Source: Negativicutes bacterium
GTDB lineage: Bacteria; Bacillota; Negativicutes; UBA1444
DNA: 64,000 nt
Direction: 5' to 3'
NCBI GenBank assembly: GCA_963665275.2
Contig: CAXXIN010000013.1
Span: forward strand, 160,001 to 224,000
This document shows, in pieces, positions 18,957-29,635 of the stretch (position 1 is its first letter; every line of letters starts with the position of its first letter). Position numbers and translations under genes: made by a program. The notes beneath the pieces are model-generated. The model did not search any database. It saw only the letters and a list, made by a program, of their open reading frames with translations, and had not been told where the DNA came from.

Positions 18957-21143
18957 TCATGCCGGCATTTCCCGGCTATTAGTTGATGGTTGGTTGCACG
19001 CGCAAATGTATTCCAGCGTTTGTTCCGGCGGCATAGCTGGGCTATAAAAGTATCCCTGGTAATGCACGCATCCCATTTCTCGCAGCACATCGCGTTGCTG
19101 CTCCGTCTCTATGTATTCAACAATCGTTTTGATGCGCAAAGAGGCGCACAGAGCGATAATTGTAGCAACAATTTCCCTGCTGCTCTTTTCCCTCGCTACG
19201 TCCAAGCTCAACACCTTGTCTATTTTCAGCGTATCAATAGGAAAGTTCTTGATATAGGTCAGCGAACTATGTCCCATGCCAAAATCGTCAATTGCGATCC
19301 GCACTCCCAGCCGATGCCAAACTTTCAGGATTTGTTGCGTTTGAACATTATTGTCCATCGCGATCCCTTCCGTAATTTCAATTTCGAATTCACGTGGATT
19401 AATGCCATTTTCTTTGATTGCTTGAAATAAATATTTATAGATGCTTTTTTGCTGAAATTGCATCGGGGAAACATTTACGGACATTACAACATTCGTTACT
19501 CCTTGCGTTTTCCAGATCTTTTGTTGTCGGCAGGCCGTGTCAATGATCCACCGCCCCAAGGAATGAATCAGGCCCGAATCTTCAGCAATCATAATAATCA
19601 GCGGCGGCGGAATGGGGCCAAACGATTTGTGCGTCCAACGCAATAAAGCCTCAACGCCGCTCACCCGGTTATCCTGGTCAACCTGCGGCTGATAGGCAAG
19701 CCTAATTTGCTTCTCGGCCATGGCTTCTTTCAGATCATGCGCGAGAACTCTAGCCAACTTTCCAGTATCATCGGTTCGATTCAATATTTTTTGTGTGGCT
19801 GCATTATGCTGTGACACGGACTCATCCAGGAGATTATCCAAGACCTGCTGCAGTTTATATTCCTTCTCTTTGTAGGAAAGTCGCACAAACGGGAGATAAA
19901 TCGCCACTCCCACAGCAATATCAACACACTGCAAAAAAACACCCGTCCAAGAATGGTTGGCTAGGTAACCACTCATGAAAACAGGCGTTGTCCAATGAGA
20001 TACGTTGTTGGTTAACGGCACTAAACCGAATGCCATCGCCCCATAAGATAGTGCAGTCATCACAAGCGGCGCCAATAAAAACGGGATCAAATAGCCAGGA
20101 TTCAGCACAATGGGCAAGCCAAAAATCAGCAACTCATTGATGTTAAAGATCGCCGGCAAAATCGATAGCTTCGCCAATTTCGCCGTAGTCCCTTTTCGAG
20201 CGACGATCAAAATCGCGATAATCAGGCACAAGGTTGAGCCTGAGCCGCCAATGGTAGAAAACGCATCCAAAAATGTCGCAGTAAAAACTTCATTGGGGAT
20301 TTCACCAGCCAGGTGAAGCGCCGCGTTGTTTTCCGCAACTGACGTATAGACGTTTTGAATGGCCAGTAAAGTATTTTGTCCATGCATGCCGAAAAACCAT
20401 AATAGCTGAACCATCAACTGATACTTGATTGCCGTTCCCAAACTACCGTAGCCGTCAAGCAACGATACACGAATATATTCATAAAGGAATTGATGCAAAT
20501 CACTGATTCCGACACTAACCGTCGCGAATTTTACTAAGGCGAATACGCCCACTGTAGCCCCAAAGGGGAGGATACTCGCCATGACCTGCGAAACCAAAGG
20601 GTCCGTAACATCAAACACTTCCAACTGCATTCTTTTTTGCGTATGAATGTACAGAAATAGCTCCGAAGCCAGTATCGCAATGAGGATGGCGGGGAAAATT
20701 CCGTATATGCCGAGCCAGTTCAGTGGAATGCTGATGACGCCTTGAGTATTCAGCGGTTGCAGCACTGTAAAGAAACATGCCAGTGCAGTCACCGAGGCCA
20801 TGATGGGATGGACGGCATCCTGTTGGGCCGAAACATGGGATCGCGCCAATAAATAGCTGATGACCATCACCAACAGCAGAGAGATCATGCCAAATGTCGC
20901 ATTTTGCATGGAAGATCCGAGTGTTTGCCACCTCGGACCCAAAAGGTCAGTCATTAACAGCTGATACGGCGCCCAAGGCAAATGCACGAAGACATTGGCG
21001 AAAGAACCGATGACCATCACCGGCATATTGATTAATAATCCGCATCGTATGGCGTAGACATGACGTTGTGACGATATTTTCGCCAGCAACTCGGTCAATC
21101 GTTGCAAATTCAATCCAGCACGCCTTTCTTTCCCTGAAAACAT
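18957..21143 (-). CDS. PTS EIIC (cellobiose/Lac family) fused to an EAL phosphodiesterase
   Basis: LWFFGMHG, IGGSGSTL, FNINELLIFGLPIVLNP; VEALLRW, DDFGMG. Confidence 0.9.
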   Translation of the reverse strand: MFSGKERRAGLNLQRLTELLAKISSQRHVYAIRCGLLINMPVMVIGSFANVFVHLPWAPYQLLMTDLLGPRWQTLGSSMQNATFGMISLLLVMVISYLLARSHVSAQQDAVHPIMASVTALACFFTVLQPLNTQGVISIPLNWLGIYGIFPAILIAILASELFLYIHTQKRMQLEVFDVTDPLVSQVMASILPFGATVGVFALVKFATVSVGISDLHQFLYEYIRVSLLDGYGSLGTAIKYQLMVQLLWFFGMHGQNTLLAIQNVYTSVAENNAALHLAGEIPNEVFTATFLDAFSTIGGSGSTLCLIIAILIVARKGTTAKLAKLSILPAIFNINELLIFGLPIVLNPGYLIPFLLAPLVMTALSYGAMAFGLVPLTNNVSHWTTPVFMSGYLANHSWTGVFLQCVDIAVGVAIYLPFVRLSYKEKEYKLQQVLDNLLDESVSQHNAATQKILNRTDDTGKLARVLAHDLKEAMAEKQIRLAYQPQVDQDNRVSGVEALLRWTHKSFGPIPPPLIIMIAEDSGLIHSLGRWIIDTACRQQKIWKTQGVTNVVMSVNVSPMQFQQKSIYKYLFQAIKENGINPREFEIEITEGIAMDNNVQTQQILKVWHRLGVRIAIDDFGMGHSSLTYIKNFPIDTLKIDKVLSLDVAREKSSREIVATIIALCASLRIKTIVEYIETEQQRDVLREMGCVHYQGYFYSPAMPPEQTLEYICACNQPSTNSREMPA

Positions 21144-21191
21144 CGTTGCGCTATTGCCAAGTCGCCTCGTCGGAGCGCGCTAAGCCCGACT

Positions 21192-21512
21192 TCAATTATA
21201 AAACCGAGTGCCTCGCAACGCGCTTAACGCAGGCAAAACTTCGTTTTTTACTTTTGCCATGTCAAATTGCAATGTCATCATCACTTCACCGATGTTTACA
21301 ACAAGGCTGGTTGTATTTTTCAGCATGATCCCTGCCGGCACGATATAGTGTTTATTTTTCTCGATAATCGCTTCACTGTATATCGTTCGGGCAATGTCCA
21401 GAAGGTGATCCAATTGGTACATGAGAACATTTTCGTCATCGGCGGCCACGCTGTTGATCAAATTGTGAATACACTCATGATAGCGGTCAACCAGTATGCG
21501 GAACTCGTCCAT
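21192..21512 (-). CDS. Hypothetical helical protein (~106 aa), first gene after a sigma54 promoter
   Basis: The longer ORF call (to 21866) overlaps the upstream gene and promoter; ATG 21512 follows gaaggga. Confidence 0.6.
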   Translation of the reverse strand: MDEFRILVDRYHECIHNLINSVAADDENVLMYQLDHLLDIARTIYSEAIIEKNKHYIVPAGIMLKNTTSLVVNIGEVMMTLQFDMAKVKNEVLPALSALRGTRFYN

Positions 21513-21599
21513 TCTTGCATTTATCCCTTCATTTTGCATTTTACCGCATGGCTGAAGCTTTCTACACAGTACAGTCCAGACAGCATTGGCTGATATATA

Positions 21600-21616
21600 A
21601 GCAAAAAGCGTGCCAG
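21600..21616 (-). promoter_or_regulatory. Sigma54 -24/-12 promoter
   Basis: cTGGCACGCTTTTTGCT, a consensus match. Confidence 0.85.
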
Positions 21617-21698
21617 CGCCGCACGCTTTTTGCTCAAGGCTTAATTTATCGGCTCTCGCATGATTATGAAGAAAAACATTTCTCAAAGATATCTCACC

Positions 21699-21737
21699 AA
21701 AACTTCCCAGGTGAGAAGTTTTTCGGGGAAGTTTTTG
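21699..21737. promoter_or_regulatory. Putative upstream activator sequence for the adjacent sigma54 response regulator
   Basis: AAAACTTC-N8-GAAGTTTT plus one extra 13-bp unit, about 100 bp upstream of the -24 element. Confidence 0.65.
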
Positions 21738-21747
21738 TAGATAGTCG

Positions 21748-23226
21748 CTACCCCATATCGCCGGTTTCTTTATTATTGCGCATCTCTTCCAGCCGATAGG
21801 ATAACGCCCGACGGGAAATCCCCAAATAATCGGCCGCAGACGACTGATTCCCGTTGTGAAGCGCAAGGATTTTCAAGATAAGATCTTCTGTGTATTTTTT
21901 CAGCGAGTACCCCGAAGCAGGAAACGGGAATTCCAGCGCACCAGCTTGCGACGCCAATCCGGGTGGTGTTTCTTGAGATTTGGCCGTTACGCTGCGGATG
22001 TGTTCCGGCTTAAGTTCGGAATCGTTATACGCAAAAGTGGCATATTCAATAACGTTTTGCAGTTCACGGACATTCCCTGGCCACTCATAGTGTTCCAGCA
22101 TTTGTGCGGCTTGCGGGCTAATCGTCGTAAATTTTTTCTTCTTCCGTTGCGAAAAAGTTTGCAAAAACAGTTGGGCCATTGGCAAAATTTCTTCTTGCCG
22201 CTGCCTGAGCGGCGGGATCGTAATATGCGCCACATTCAAACGAAAATAAAGGTCTTTTCGGAAGGCGCCCTGTTCAACGCATCGTTCCAATGGAACATTC
22301 GTCGCGCAGATAACGCGATTATTGGTTTTGATTTTCTTCAGTCCGCCGATGCGATAGAACTCCTTTTCCTGCAGCACACGGAGCAGTTTTCCCTGTAGTT
22401 CGGGCGGAATTTCGCCGATTTCATCCAGGAACAAGGTTCCTCCGTTGGCTACATCGAATTTTCCTTTGGATCCGCTGGACACGCCGCCGGTAAACGAGCC
22501 TGCTTCATAGCCGAAAAGTTCACATTCAAAAAGAGTCGGCGCCAATGCTGCGCAGTTGATATCCACAAAGGGGCTGGTACTCAAAGCCCCCACATTATTT
22601 CCATAATGAATCAGCTTGGCAATGATTTCTTTTCCTGTTCCCGTCTCGCCTTCGATCAGTACGTGGATATCACGGTCCGCATGAAGCTGCTGGGCCTGCC
22701 GAACAATCTCCTGCATGCACTCGGAAAATATCCCCACGGATCCAACCACCGATTCTGCGACTATTTTTGTCATCTGAATCAGTTCACACCGTGTTTCGGC
22801 GACGGCGGCGCAGACTTCCTCCTGGAACCGATCCGTCAGGGTTTTGTTTTCCCGAAGCAACGCCTGGTGCTCAGACACCCGCTCAATAACAGAAGCGAGT
22901 TCTTCAACATTGACCGGTTTTTCCAAAAAATCATAGACTCCCGCCCGCAAGGCAGTAACAGCCGAACCCAGATCCGCATGCCCCGTGAACAGAACAACAT
23001 CCGTCCGCCAACTGCCCGGCAACTGTTTAATCGCTACTGCCAGTTCGTTGCCTGACATGCCTGGCATTTGAATGTCGGACAGCACCATGGGATACTCGGT
23101 TGGGGAATACTTCGCCAACGCGTCGGCTCCGCCGGAACACTCTGTCACCTCATGATTTTGACGCTTTAGAAACCAGAGCACCGCTTGGCGGCTGTGGCGG
23201 TCATCATCGACAAGTAATATCTTCAT
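21748..23226 (-). CDS. Sigma54-dependent (NtrC-family) response regulator
   Basis: REC (VDDD, SDIQMP, EKP), GETGTGKE, GSFTGG variant of GAFTGA, LFLDEI, WPGNVREL, Fis-type HTH. Confidence 0.93.
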   Translation of the reverse strand: MKILLVDDDRHSRQAVLWFLKRQNHEVTECSGGADALAKYSPTEYPMVLSDIQMPGMSGNELAVAIKQLPGSWRTDVVLFTGHADLGSAVTALRAGVYDFLEKPVNVEELASVIERVSEHQALLRENKTLTDRFQEEVCAAVAETRCELIQMTKIVAESVVGSVGIFSECMQEIVRQAQQLHADRDIHVLIEGETGTGKEIIAKLIHYGNNVGALSTSPFVDINCAALAPTLFECELFGYEAGSFTGGVSSGSKGKFDVANGGTLFLDEIGEIPPELQGKLLRVLQEKEFYRIGGLKKIKTNNRVICATNVPLERCVEQGAFRKDLYFRLNVAHITIPPLRQRQEEILPMAQLFLQTFSQRKKKKFTTISPQAAQMLEHYEWPGNVRELQNVIEYATFAYNDSELKPEHIRSVTAKSQETPPGLASQAGALEFPFPASGYSLKKYTEDLILKILALHNGNQSSAADYLGISRRALSYRLEEMRNNKETGDMG

Positions 23227-25616
23227 TGAAAGTTCTCCTTATCCTCAGCCTGAAGCGCAGGGAATCTGATGATGAACCTCGCCCCCGGCGTCTCGCTCAA
23301 AGCTAGTTCGATGGTTCCTCCGTAGGACTCAACGAGGTTTTTGACAATCGCCAGTCCCAATCCCATATTTTCTCCTTCCGGTTTGGTGGATACAAAAGTT
23401 TCAAAGATCTTGTTTCGCAGCGTTGGCGCTATCCCCGGTCCGTTATCGCCAATCTCCAAGATCACCTGTCCGGAAAAATAGGTCCGTATGACAATTTCCT
23501 TGTTTGACTGCGCGATTGCGTCAAACGCTTGCATGGCATTCACCAGCAAGTTGACGATGATTTCTTCGAGTCCGGTCGGGGAAGCCGCTACCGACGGCAG
23601 CTTGGGCTGCAGGTCTTTTTTTACCAAAACGGAGTGTCCGGCGAGTTGTTCCCCCACCAAACCGAGAGCCAGTTCTACTGATGTATTCAGCTCGCACGGT
23701 ACAGGTTTTTTCTCATCCCGACGAATAAACGAACGCAAATGCTTAATGATCTTTGCGATCCGATCCGCTTGACTCGAAATTTCTCTGACGCTCTCGGCGA
23801 TTTCTTCGGTCTGCAATTTTTCACCTTGATTGATCAAATAAACCATTCCACCGGAAATTACTTTGATCGAATTTAGGGGTTGGTTAATTTCGTGAGAGAT
23901 GCCTGCCGCCATAGTCCCGATCGAAAGAAGCTTTTCCGCTTTGGCTTTGGCGTCTTGCGCCGCCGACATTGCTTCCCGAGCTTTAACTTTTTCGGTAATA
24001 TCTTGACCGACAACCAGGAAATAGGAGCTAGCCCCCAGCTCATCCTGAATCGGCGTCACCGATATGGCATCCCAAAATTCGCGTCCTTCCCGGTCCTGTG
24101 CGATAATCTCGCCGCGCCATTCCCGTTGGGCGCCTAGGCGCTCAACGGCTTGTCGCATCCGTTCCGGGTCATTTCTTTCAGACAAAAGAACACGTACATC
24201 TTTGCCGATCAGTTCGTTCGACGAGTATCCCGACAGGGCTTCAAATGATAAATTGACCCACCAGATGCTCCGGTCTGCTTGCAGGATAACCACCAGGTTC
24301 GAGCTTGTTTCCAGCCCGGCTGTCAGGAGCTTGATCCGCAAGCGGAACGTACTCAACTTATCAAACGATTGTTCCAGTTTCGACGACATCTCATTGACTG
24401 TTTGGATCAGCTGCCCAATTTCATCCTGGCGAAGCGTCTCAATCTTGGCGGAAAAATCACCGTCCGCCATTTTTTTCGCCATGTGATTCATATTTATGAT
24501 GGGATTAATGATATAGCGAGCAGTCAGCACACCGACAATGAGTCCCAAAATACAGGCAATAATTGCGAGCAGAATCAGCTAATTTCTTAAATCATCCAGA
24601 TAATACGTTAAATCTTTTTCCGGAATTAATACCAAACTGATCCACTCGAGGTTGTTAACCCCCGAAAGAGGGTGTGCACGCAACAAAAATTTCGTATCGT
24701 TAACCGAAAAACTTAACTCCACATCATTTTTTATTGTTGCAAGCGATTGCCCTTTCCCTTTCAATGCGCTCATACATCGTGCAAGCAGGATATTATCGCT
24801 TTCACTGGCGCTGACAAGTGTAGGTGCGCCTGCACTTGGTTGGGTTTTTACAACAGTGTCATCGGAGGAAGCAATTACTTTTCCGTTTTTACTCAAGATA
24901 TAAATCGATGTGTGAGGAGTGATTTGCAAGGTTTTCAAATACTCGTCGATCCAATGTAACAGTAATGAGCTTCCAAGAACCCCCATCAGTTCATTATCCG
25001 GGCTAAGAAGCGGATATACCGCAGTAATGACCAGTCCTCTACCGGTCGCCGAGGCGTAAATGTCAGTCCAGGCCGGTTGTTTTACGCTAAGTCCTTTCAA
25101 ATAGGGCGGACGTTGGCGAGTATCATATTGAAACAAACTGGAGAGATACCCTTGCCGTCCTGCGAAGCGATCATATCGATAATAATCCAACGTTTTCCTA
25201 TCAAGATCACTGTTCCACACGACAATTCCGCCGTCATCTTCTCGGCGAGCGCCATATTCATGCCCATCCGCCAAACCAACGTATGCATTGGTTACTCGAG
25301 GAAATACGGCCAGTGTTTCGGCAAAATATTTATCCCGTTGCGCTTGGTTGGAAAAATCAAGTTGTTGATTCAATATCACATTTCGATGGATCTGTGCGAG
25401 CTGATATGGCTCTTCCAAATAGCCCGCCAACACTTTTGCTATTTCAGTGTTGGCAGCAAACGCCATTTGATCCGCATTTTTCATGATTGCTTGCAAGCCG
25501 CTGGAATAAGCAAGATATCCGGTTAGCAACGTAAAAAGCACACCGCATGCCACAAAAATCAACACAATTAATCCGCGAATGGATTTTGTTTTCAACAAAT
25601 TCGCTATGAAATACAA
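23223..25616 (-). pseudogene. Cache-HAMP-PAS sensor histidine kinase interrupted by one in-frame TAG at 24579-24581
   Basis: ORFs 24579..25682 and 23223..24548 are in the same frame: ...DDLRN*LILLAIIACILGLIVG...; HEINQP, NLLVNA, DNGPGI, GMGLGL. Confidence 0.85.
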
Positions 25617-25680
25617 AAATATGAGCCCTCTTCCACAGTTTATGTCACTGGAGATTGGTAATACATGAGTTTTTTTAACC

Positions 25681-25705
25681 ATTCGTTACGCAGCCGCCTA
25701 TTCCT
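25681..25705 (-). promoter_or_regulatory. SigH-like promoter of the kinase gene
   Basis: AGGAATA-N12-acGAAT. Confidence 0.6.
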
Positions 25706-25752
25706 GCAACTGAAAACAAAAACCTACTCAAGGCCGCCAGGATGTTCAATCC

Positions 25753-26625
25753 TCAGCCCAGCTCGAAAGTCGTCACACCATATACTTTGCCCAGCGGCAG
25801 GGCCGGCGCGGAACCTTTGTACATCCGGGCCGTATCAAACACCTGGGTCATGTTATAATTGGCAGCCAATTCCATGGCTGCGGCGTTGACCGCCGGCACA
25901 TCGAGAAATACTTCCTCCCCGTTGGCGCAGCCCGCCAAAGATCGCAGCAGCGCATCGGCGACAAATATATCCTCGGCGAACAGCGGGCCGATTTTCCAGC
26001 CGCTCCGGCACCGGCGAATCACGCCATAACCGGCAAGAGTATCGTCGCTGACGGCTGCCATCGCTGCAGAGTCCCGCTGGGTCAGCCAGCTGCGCAGGAA
26101 ACCGGGCCGGGGAGCGAAAAACAGGGCGCTGTCATAGTCGTTCAGCTTAGCCTGATTTACCTGATGCGTCGGAATGATGTCCACGTTAGGCTGCAGCTCT
26201 GGCCGCGTCCCTGAGGAGGGTACCGCTGGAAACACCCCGCTGTAACGGATGTTCCTGTACGCCAATTCGAATCCGGATTTCCGATAGTTCTCTTGTTGAG
26301 CCGTCACGCCGTCAAGCCCCACTACCCGATCTGTCAGCTGAGCCATCGCCGCCTGCCACAATTGCAGGCCATAGCCCCGCCCGCGCCACTCGGGCCTGAC
26401 AATATAAAAACCGACGAAGCCGTAGCCATCGCCATAGGACACGGCCGAGATACAGCCAATCGGCTCACCATCCAGGCAGCCGACGAGAAAGCCCTTCCTG
26501 TCGGCAGCCCAGAAGCACTGCGCATCATGAATGCCCGGATTCCAGCCTTCGGCCGCCGCCCAGTCGACTGCGAGCTCCACTTCTTTTTCCGTCATGTGGC
26601 GTATGCCAAAAGAGGTCTGATCCAT
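25753..26625 (-). CDS. GNAT acetyltransferase (YitH-like, two-domain)
   Basis: WAAAEGWNPG, VRPEWRGRGYG, KIGPLFA, VYGVTTFELG. Confidence 0.88.
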   Translation of the reverse strand: MDQTSFGIRHMTEKEVELAVDWAAAEGWNPGIHDAQCFWAADRKGFLVGCLDGEPIGCISAVSYGDGYGFVGFYIVRPEWRGRGYGLQLWQAAMAQLTDRVVGLDGVTAQQENYRKSGFELAYRNIRYSGVFPAVPSSGTRPELQPNVDIIPTHQVNQAKLNDYDSALFFAPRPGFLRSWLTQRDSAAMAAVSDDTLAGYGVIRRCRSGWKIGPLFAEDIFVADALLRSLAGCANGEEVFLDVPAVNAAAMELAANYNMTQVFDTARMYKGSAPALPLGKVYGVTTFELG

Positions 26626-26655
26626 AATAACCCGTCTCCTCTCGATCATTGAATT

Positions 26656-29484
26656 CTAGGAGTGAGCGGCCAGAAACGTCAGGGTTTCCTCTTCCGGCAG
26701 CGGTCGGCTAAATACATAGCCCTGAATACAGTCGCAGCCTTTATCCGTCAAGTAGTTCAGTTGCTGCTCCGTTTCCACGCCTTCGGCCACAACCATCATG
26801 TCCAAAATATGAGCCATTTCGATGATGGAGCCAATAATGCTCGCCATACTGGCATCCGTCTCAATCACGTCCACAAAGGATTTGTCAATCTTCAGCGTTG
26901 TGACCGGCAATGTTCGCAGATAGGTCAATGAGGAATACCCGGTGCCGAAATCATCCAACGACAACCGCACCCCCAGCAGTTTGAGTTCGGCGAGTTTGTA
27001 GGTCGCCACCTCCAACGATTCCATCAATAGGCTCTCCGTGATCTCCAATTCCAGCTGATACGGCTCGATCCCAGCCTCTGCAATGGCGTCATGCACGATG
27101 AAAATAAAATTCTCCGCGGCCAGCTGTTTGGATGAAATATTGACTGCTACATGAACTTCCTTCCGCCCTAGATCACTCAGCCGTCGTGCGAACCGGCAAG
27201 CTTCTGTCAGCACCCACTGTCCGATTGTCTGAATCAACCCGGATTGCTCGGCCAGCGGAATAAAACGCGCTGGAGAAACACTGCCATACTCGGGACTGTC
27301 CCACCGCAGCAACGCCTCAACTCCGATGGCAGCTCCGCTCGCAACAAGGAGCTGCGGCTGGTACTGCAGGGAAAGTTCGCCACGTTCCAGTGCATTGCGC
27401 AAACTGTGGGTCAGATTTACCAATTCATACGCTGCCGCCTGCATGCTTGCAGTATAGAATCTCCAACAGTTCTTGCCTTCCCGCTTGGCCGCGTACATGG
27501 CGTTATCCGCATTTTTAACGATCTCTTCGTTCGTATCGCCATCAGTAGGATAGGCTGCAATCCCGATACTTGCCGTCATATGAAAATAAGTTCCGGCAAT
27601 TTCGTACTGCTGGCCAATCGCCTTAATAATCCGATTGGCCAAGTCAACGAATTGTTGCCGTTCGTTTGCGCCAGGCATAATCACAATAAATTCGTCGCCG
27701 CCTATTCGGGCTACAAACGCATCGTCGCCCGCCTCCGCAACAATTCTATTCCCAGCTGCAACAATAATGTCATCGCCGTAAGTATGGCCATAGGTATCAT
27801 TCACCATCTTCAGATCATCCAAGTCGATGAATAGTACTGACCCCGACGCCTCACCTCGGCGGGCCTGCTCCAGTTCCTTGCCCAACCGCTCGTTGAAATT
27901 CGCCCGGTTGGGCAAATCAGTCAGCGAATCAAAGAACGCCATGTGCCGGATCGTTTCCGCCTGCTCACGCAATGCGGCCTCGGCCTGCACCTGCTCGGTA
28001 ATATCCTGGATGGTTCCATAGTGTTTTATGATCTGACCCGCTGCATTTTTGACACTGTTCCTTCGCACTGCAATCGTTCGCACCTCGCCATCCCGACGAA
28101 CAATACAATGCATAAATTGATTATTGAATCCAGCGCTCATCCTACCAATCTCCGTTGCAACGACTCCTGCGTCTTCGGGATGCACAAAATCCCTGGCATA
28201 TACCGCTGGAGACATAAAGCGGCCTTCTCGTGCAACGTTCGTACCAAAGATGGCATAAAAATCATCACTGAACTCAAAAAGATCCGTCGTCAGATTATAT
28301 TCCCAGGAACCCAACCGGGCCAATTCCGCAGCTAAGGATAGCGCCTCCTTGCTGGTCATGAGCGCCTCTTCTTTTTGGTGCAAGGCTTCTTCGACCCGGA
28401 CTCTTTCCGTGATTTCTGTTTCCAGTTCCTGATTGAATTGTTGGAGTTCGTCGTTTGCATTCGTCAATTCCTGCGTCCGTTGCTGCACTTCGCTTTCCAG
28501 AATGTCGCGAGCTTGTCTCAGCTCAGCTTCCGTGTGTTCCTGTCGTTTGGCGATACGCATCAAAACCAGGATAAATGCAAGAATAACGAGGGAAACTATT
28601 CCCGCCACCCCATAATAGCCTTCAATTCGCCGATTCACAGCGGACAATACCACCGTTTCGTCAACCCCGACCGATACCGTCAGTGGATAGTCCGTCAAGG
28701 CCCTGTAGCTGTATAATCGGGTGATCCCGTCAATCGGGCTCTTGGCAAAATAAGATCCCGTGTTGCTAACTGCCAGTTTGTCTGTCAAAACAGATCGGGA
28801 CAAATCCTGGCCTACGACCGTATTCTGGTCAGACTGCCGAGCCCGTACGATCCCGTCGCGACCGATCAATACGATAGCGGAGTTTTTCCCCAGATCAACC
28901 TGCTTGTAAAATTCGGCAAAATAGAGCGGATCAAGCGATACGACGGCGACTCCGCCGAATTGACCATCCGGTTTATTGATGCGCCGTGTCATCTGAATGG
29001 CCCATTTATCGGTAGAACGCCCCACTACTGGTTTGCTGATGAACAATTGTTTACTGTCGACATCCCGATGAACCAGAAAATGTTCCCGATCCTTCAAGGA
29101 GACCGGCTCATAGGGACTCCTGCTCGTGGCGGCCAAATCGCCGTTTTCGTCAATGATCCCCACCTGTACGAAAGGTTGTCCAATAAACCGGCCCTCGCTA
29201 ATGTATTGTGAAATATTGATGGCCCGTCCGTCCCGCTCATATTGATACTTTAAGAACAAAACCGCCTGATCCGCATTTTTTATCGTCCGTACCGTGTGCT
29301 CTTCAAAGGCGCGCGCAAAATTGGCAGTTTCTTTCATTGCATTATTGATTTCCAGCTGACGCTCGCTCTGGGCCTTATAATAGAGACCAATCCAAATAAA
29401 GCACAGCAAAACAACACCAAAGAATATGATGATTCTCCCGATATTTCGCAACGCTGGTGAGTTATTGGCATTGTTATCCGGCAT
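26656..29484 (-). CDS. dCache, PAS, GGDEF, EAL protein
   Basis: Two TM, DREHF/ISKPVVGR dCache motifs, GGDEF, VEALLRW, DDFGTGYSS; start placed downstream of the promoter. Confidence 0.92.
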   Translation of the reverse strand: MPDNNANNSPALRNIGRIIIFFGVVLLCFIWIGLYYKAQSERQLEINNAMKETANFARAFEEHTVRTIKNADQAVLFLKYQYERDGRAINISQYISEGRFIGQPFVQVGIIDENGDLAATSRSPYEPVSLKDREHFLVHRDVDSKQLFISKPVVGRSTDKWAIQMTRRINKPDGQFGGVAVVSLDPLYFAEFYKQVDLGKNSAIVLIGRDGIVRARQSDQNTVVGQDLSRSVLTDKLAVSNTGSYFAKSPIDGITRLYSYRALTDYPLTVSVGVDETVVLSAVNRRIEGYYGVAGIVSLVILAFILVLMRIAKRQEHTEAELRQARDILESEVQQRTQELTNANDELQQFNQELETEITERVRVEEALHQKEEALMTSKEALSLAAELARLGSWEYNLTTDLFEFSDDFYAIFGTNVAREGRFMSPAVYARDFVHPEDAGVVATEIGRMSAGFNNQFMHCIVRRDGEVRTIAVRRNSVKNAAGQIIKHYGTIQDITEQVQAEAALREQAETIRHMAFFDSLTDLPNRANFNERLGKELEQARRGEASGSVLFIDLDDLKMVNDTYGHTYGDDIIVAAGNRIVAEAGDDAFVARIGGDEFIVIMPGANERQQFVDLANRIIKAIGQQYEIAGTYFHMTASIGIAAYPTDGDTNEEIVKNADNAMYAAKREGKNCWRFYTASMQAAAYELVNLTHSLRNALERGELSLQYQPQLLVASGAAIGVEALLRWDSPEYGSVSPARFIPLAEQSGLIQTIGQWVLTEACRFARRLSDLGRKEVHVAVNISSKQLAAENFIFIVHDAIAEAGIEPYQLELEITESLLMESLEVATYKLAELKLLGVRLSLDDFGTGYSSLTYLRTLPVTTLKIDKSFVDVIETDASMASIIGSIIEMAHILDMMVVAEGVETEQQLNYLTDKGCDCIQGYVFSRPLPEEETLTFLAAHS

Positions 29485-29526
29485 TCCATCGCCTCGTTCC
29501 CATGCGGTGTGGATATTTGTGTTTAT

Positions 29527-29551
29527 TTTCGCCAAATGATGCCAAATCCCT
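29527..29551 (-). promoter_or_regulatory. SigH-like promoter
   Basis: AGGGATT-N12-gcGAAA. Confidence 0.45.
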
Positions 29552-29568
29552 GCTGGCGAAGGCTAAAT

Positions 29569-29604
29569 CAGCCCTCATCACGGCTCAATCCGTGATGAGG
29601 GCTG
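29569..29604 (-). terminator. Hairpin after the MCP gene
   Basis: cagccctcatcacgg/ccgtgatgagggctg, perfect 15-bp stem. Confidence 0.7.
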
Positions 29605-29635
29605 CGAAAGACTTATTCTGAATTGCAATTGTCTG

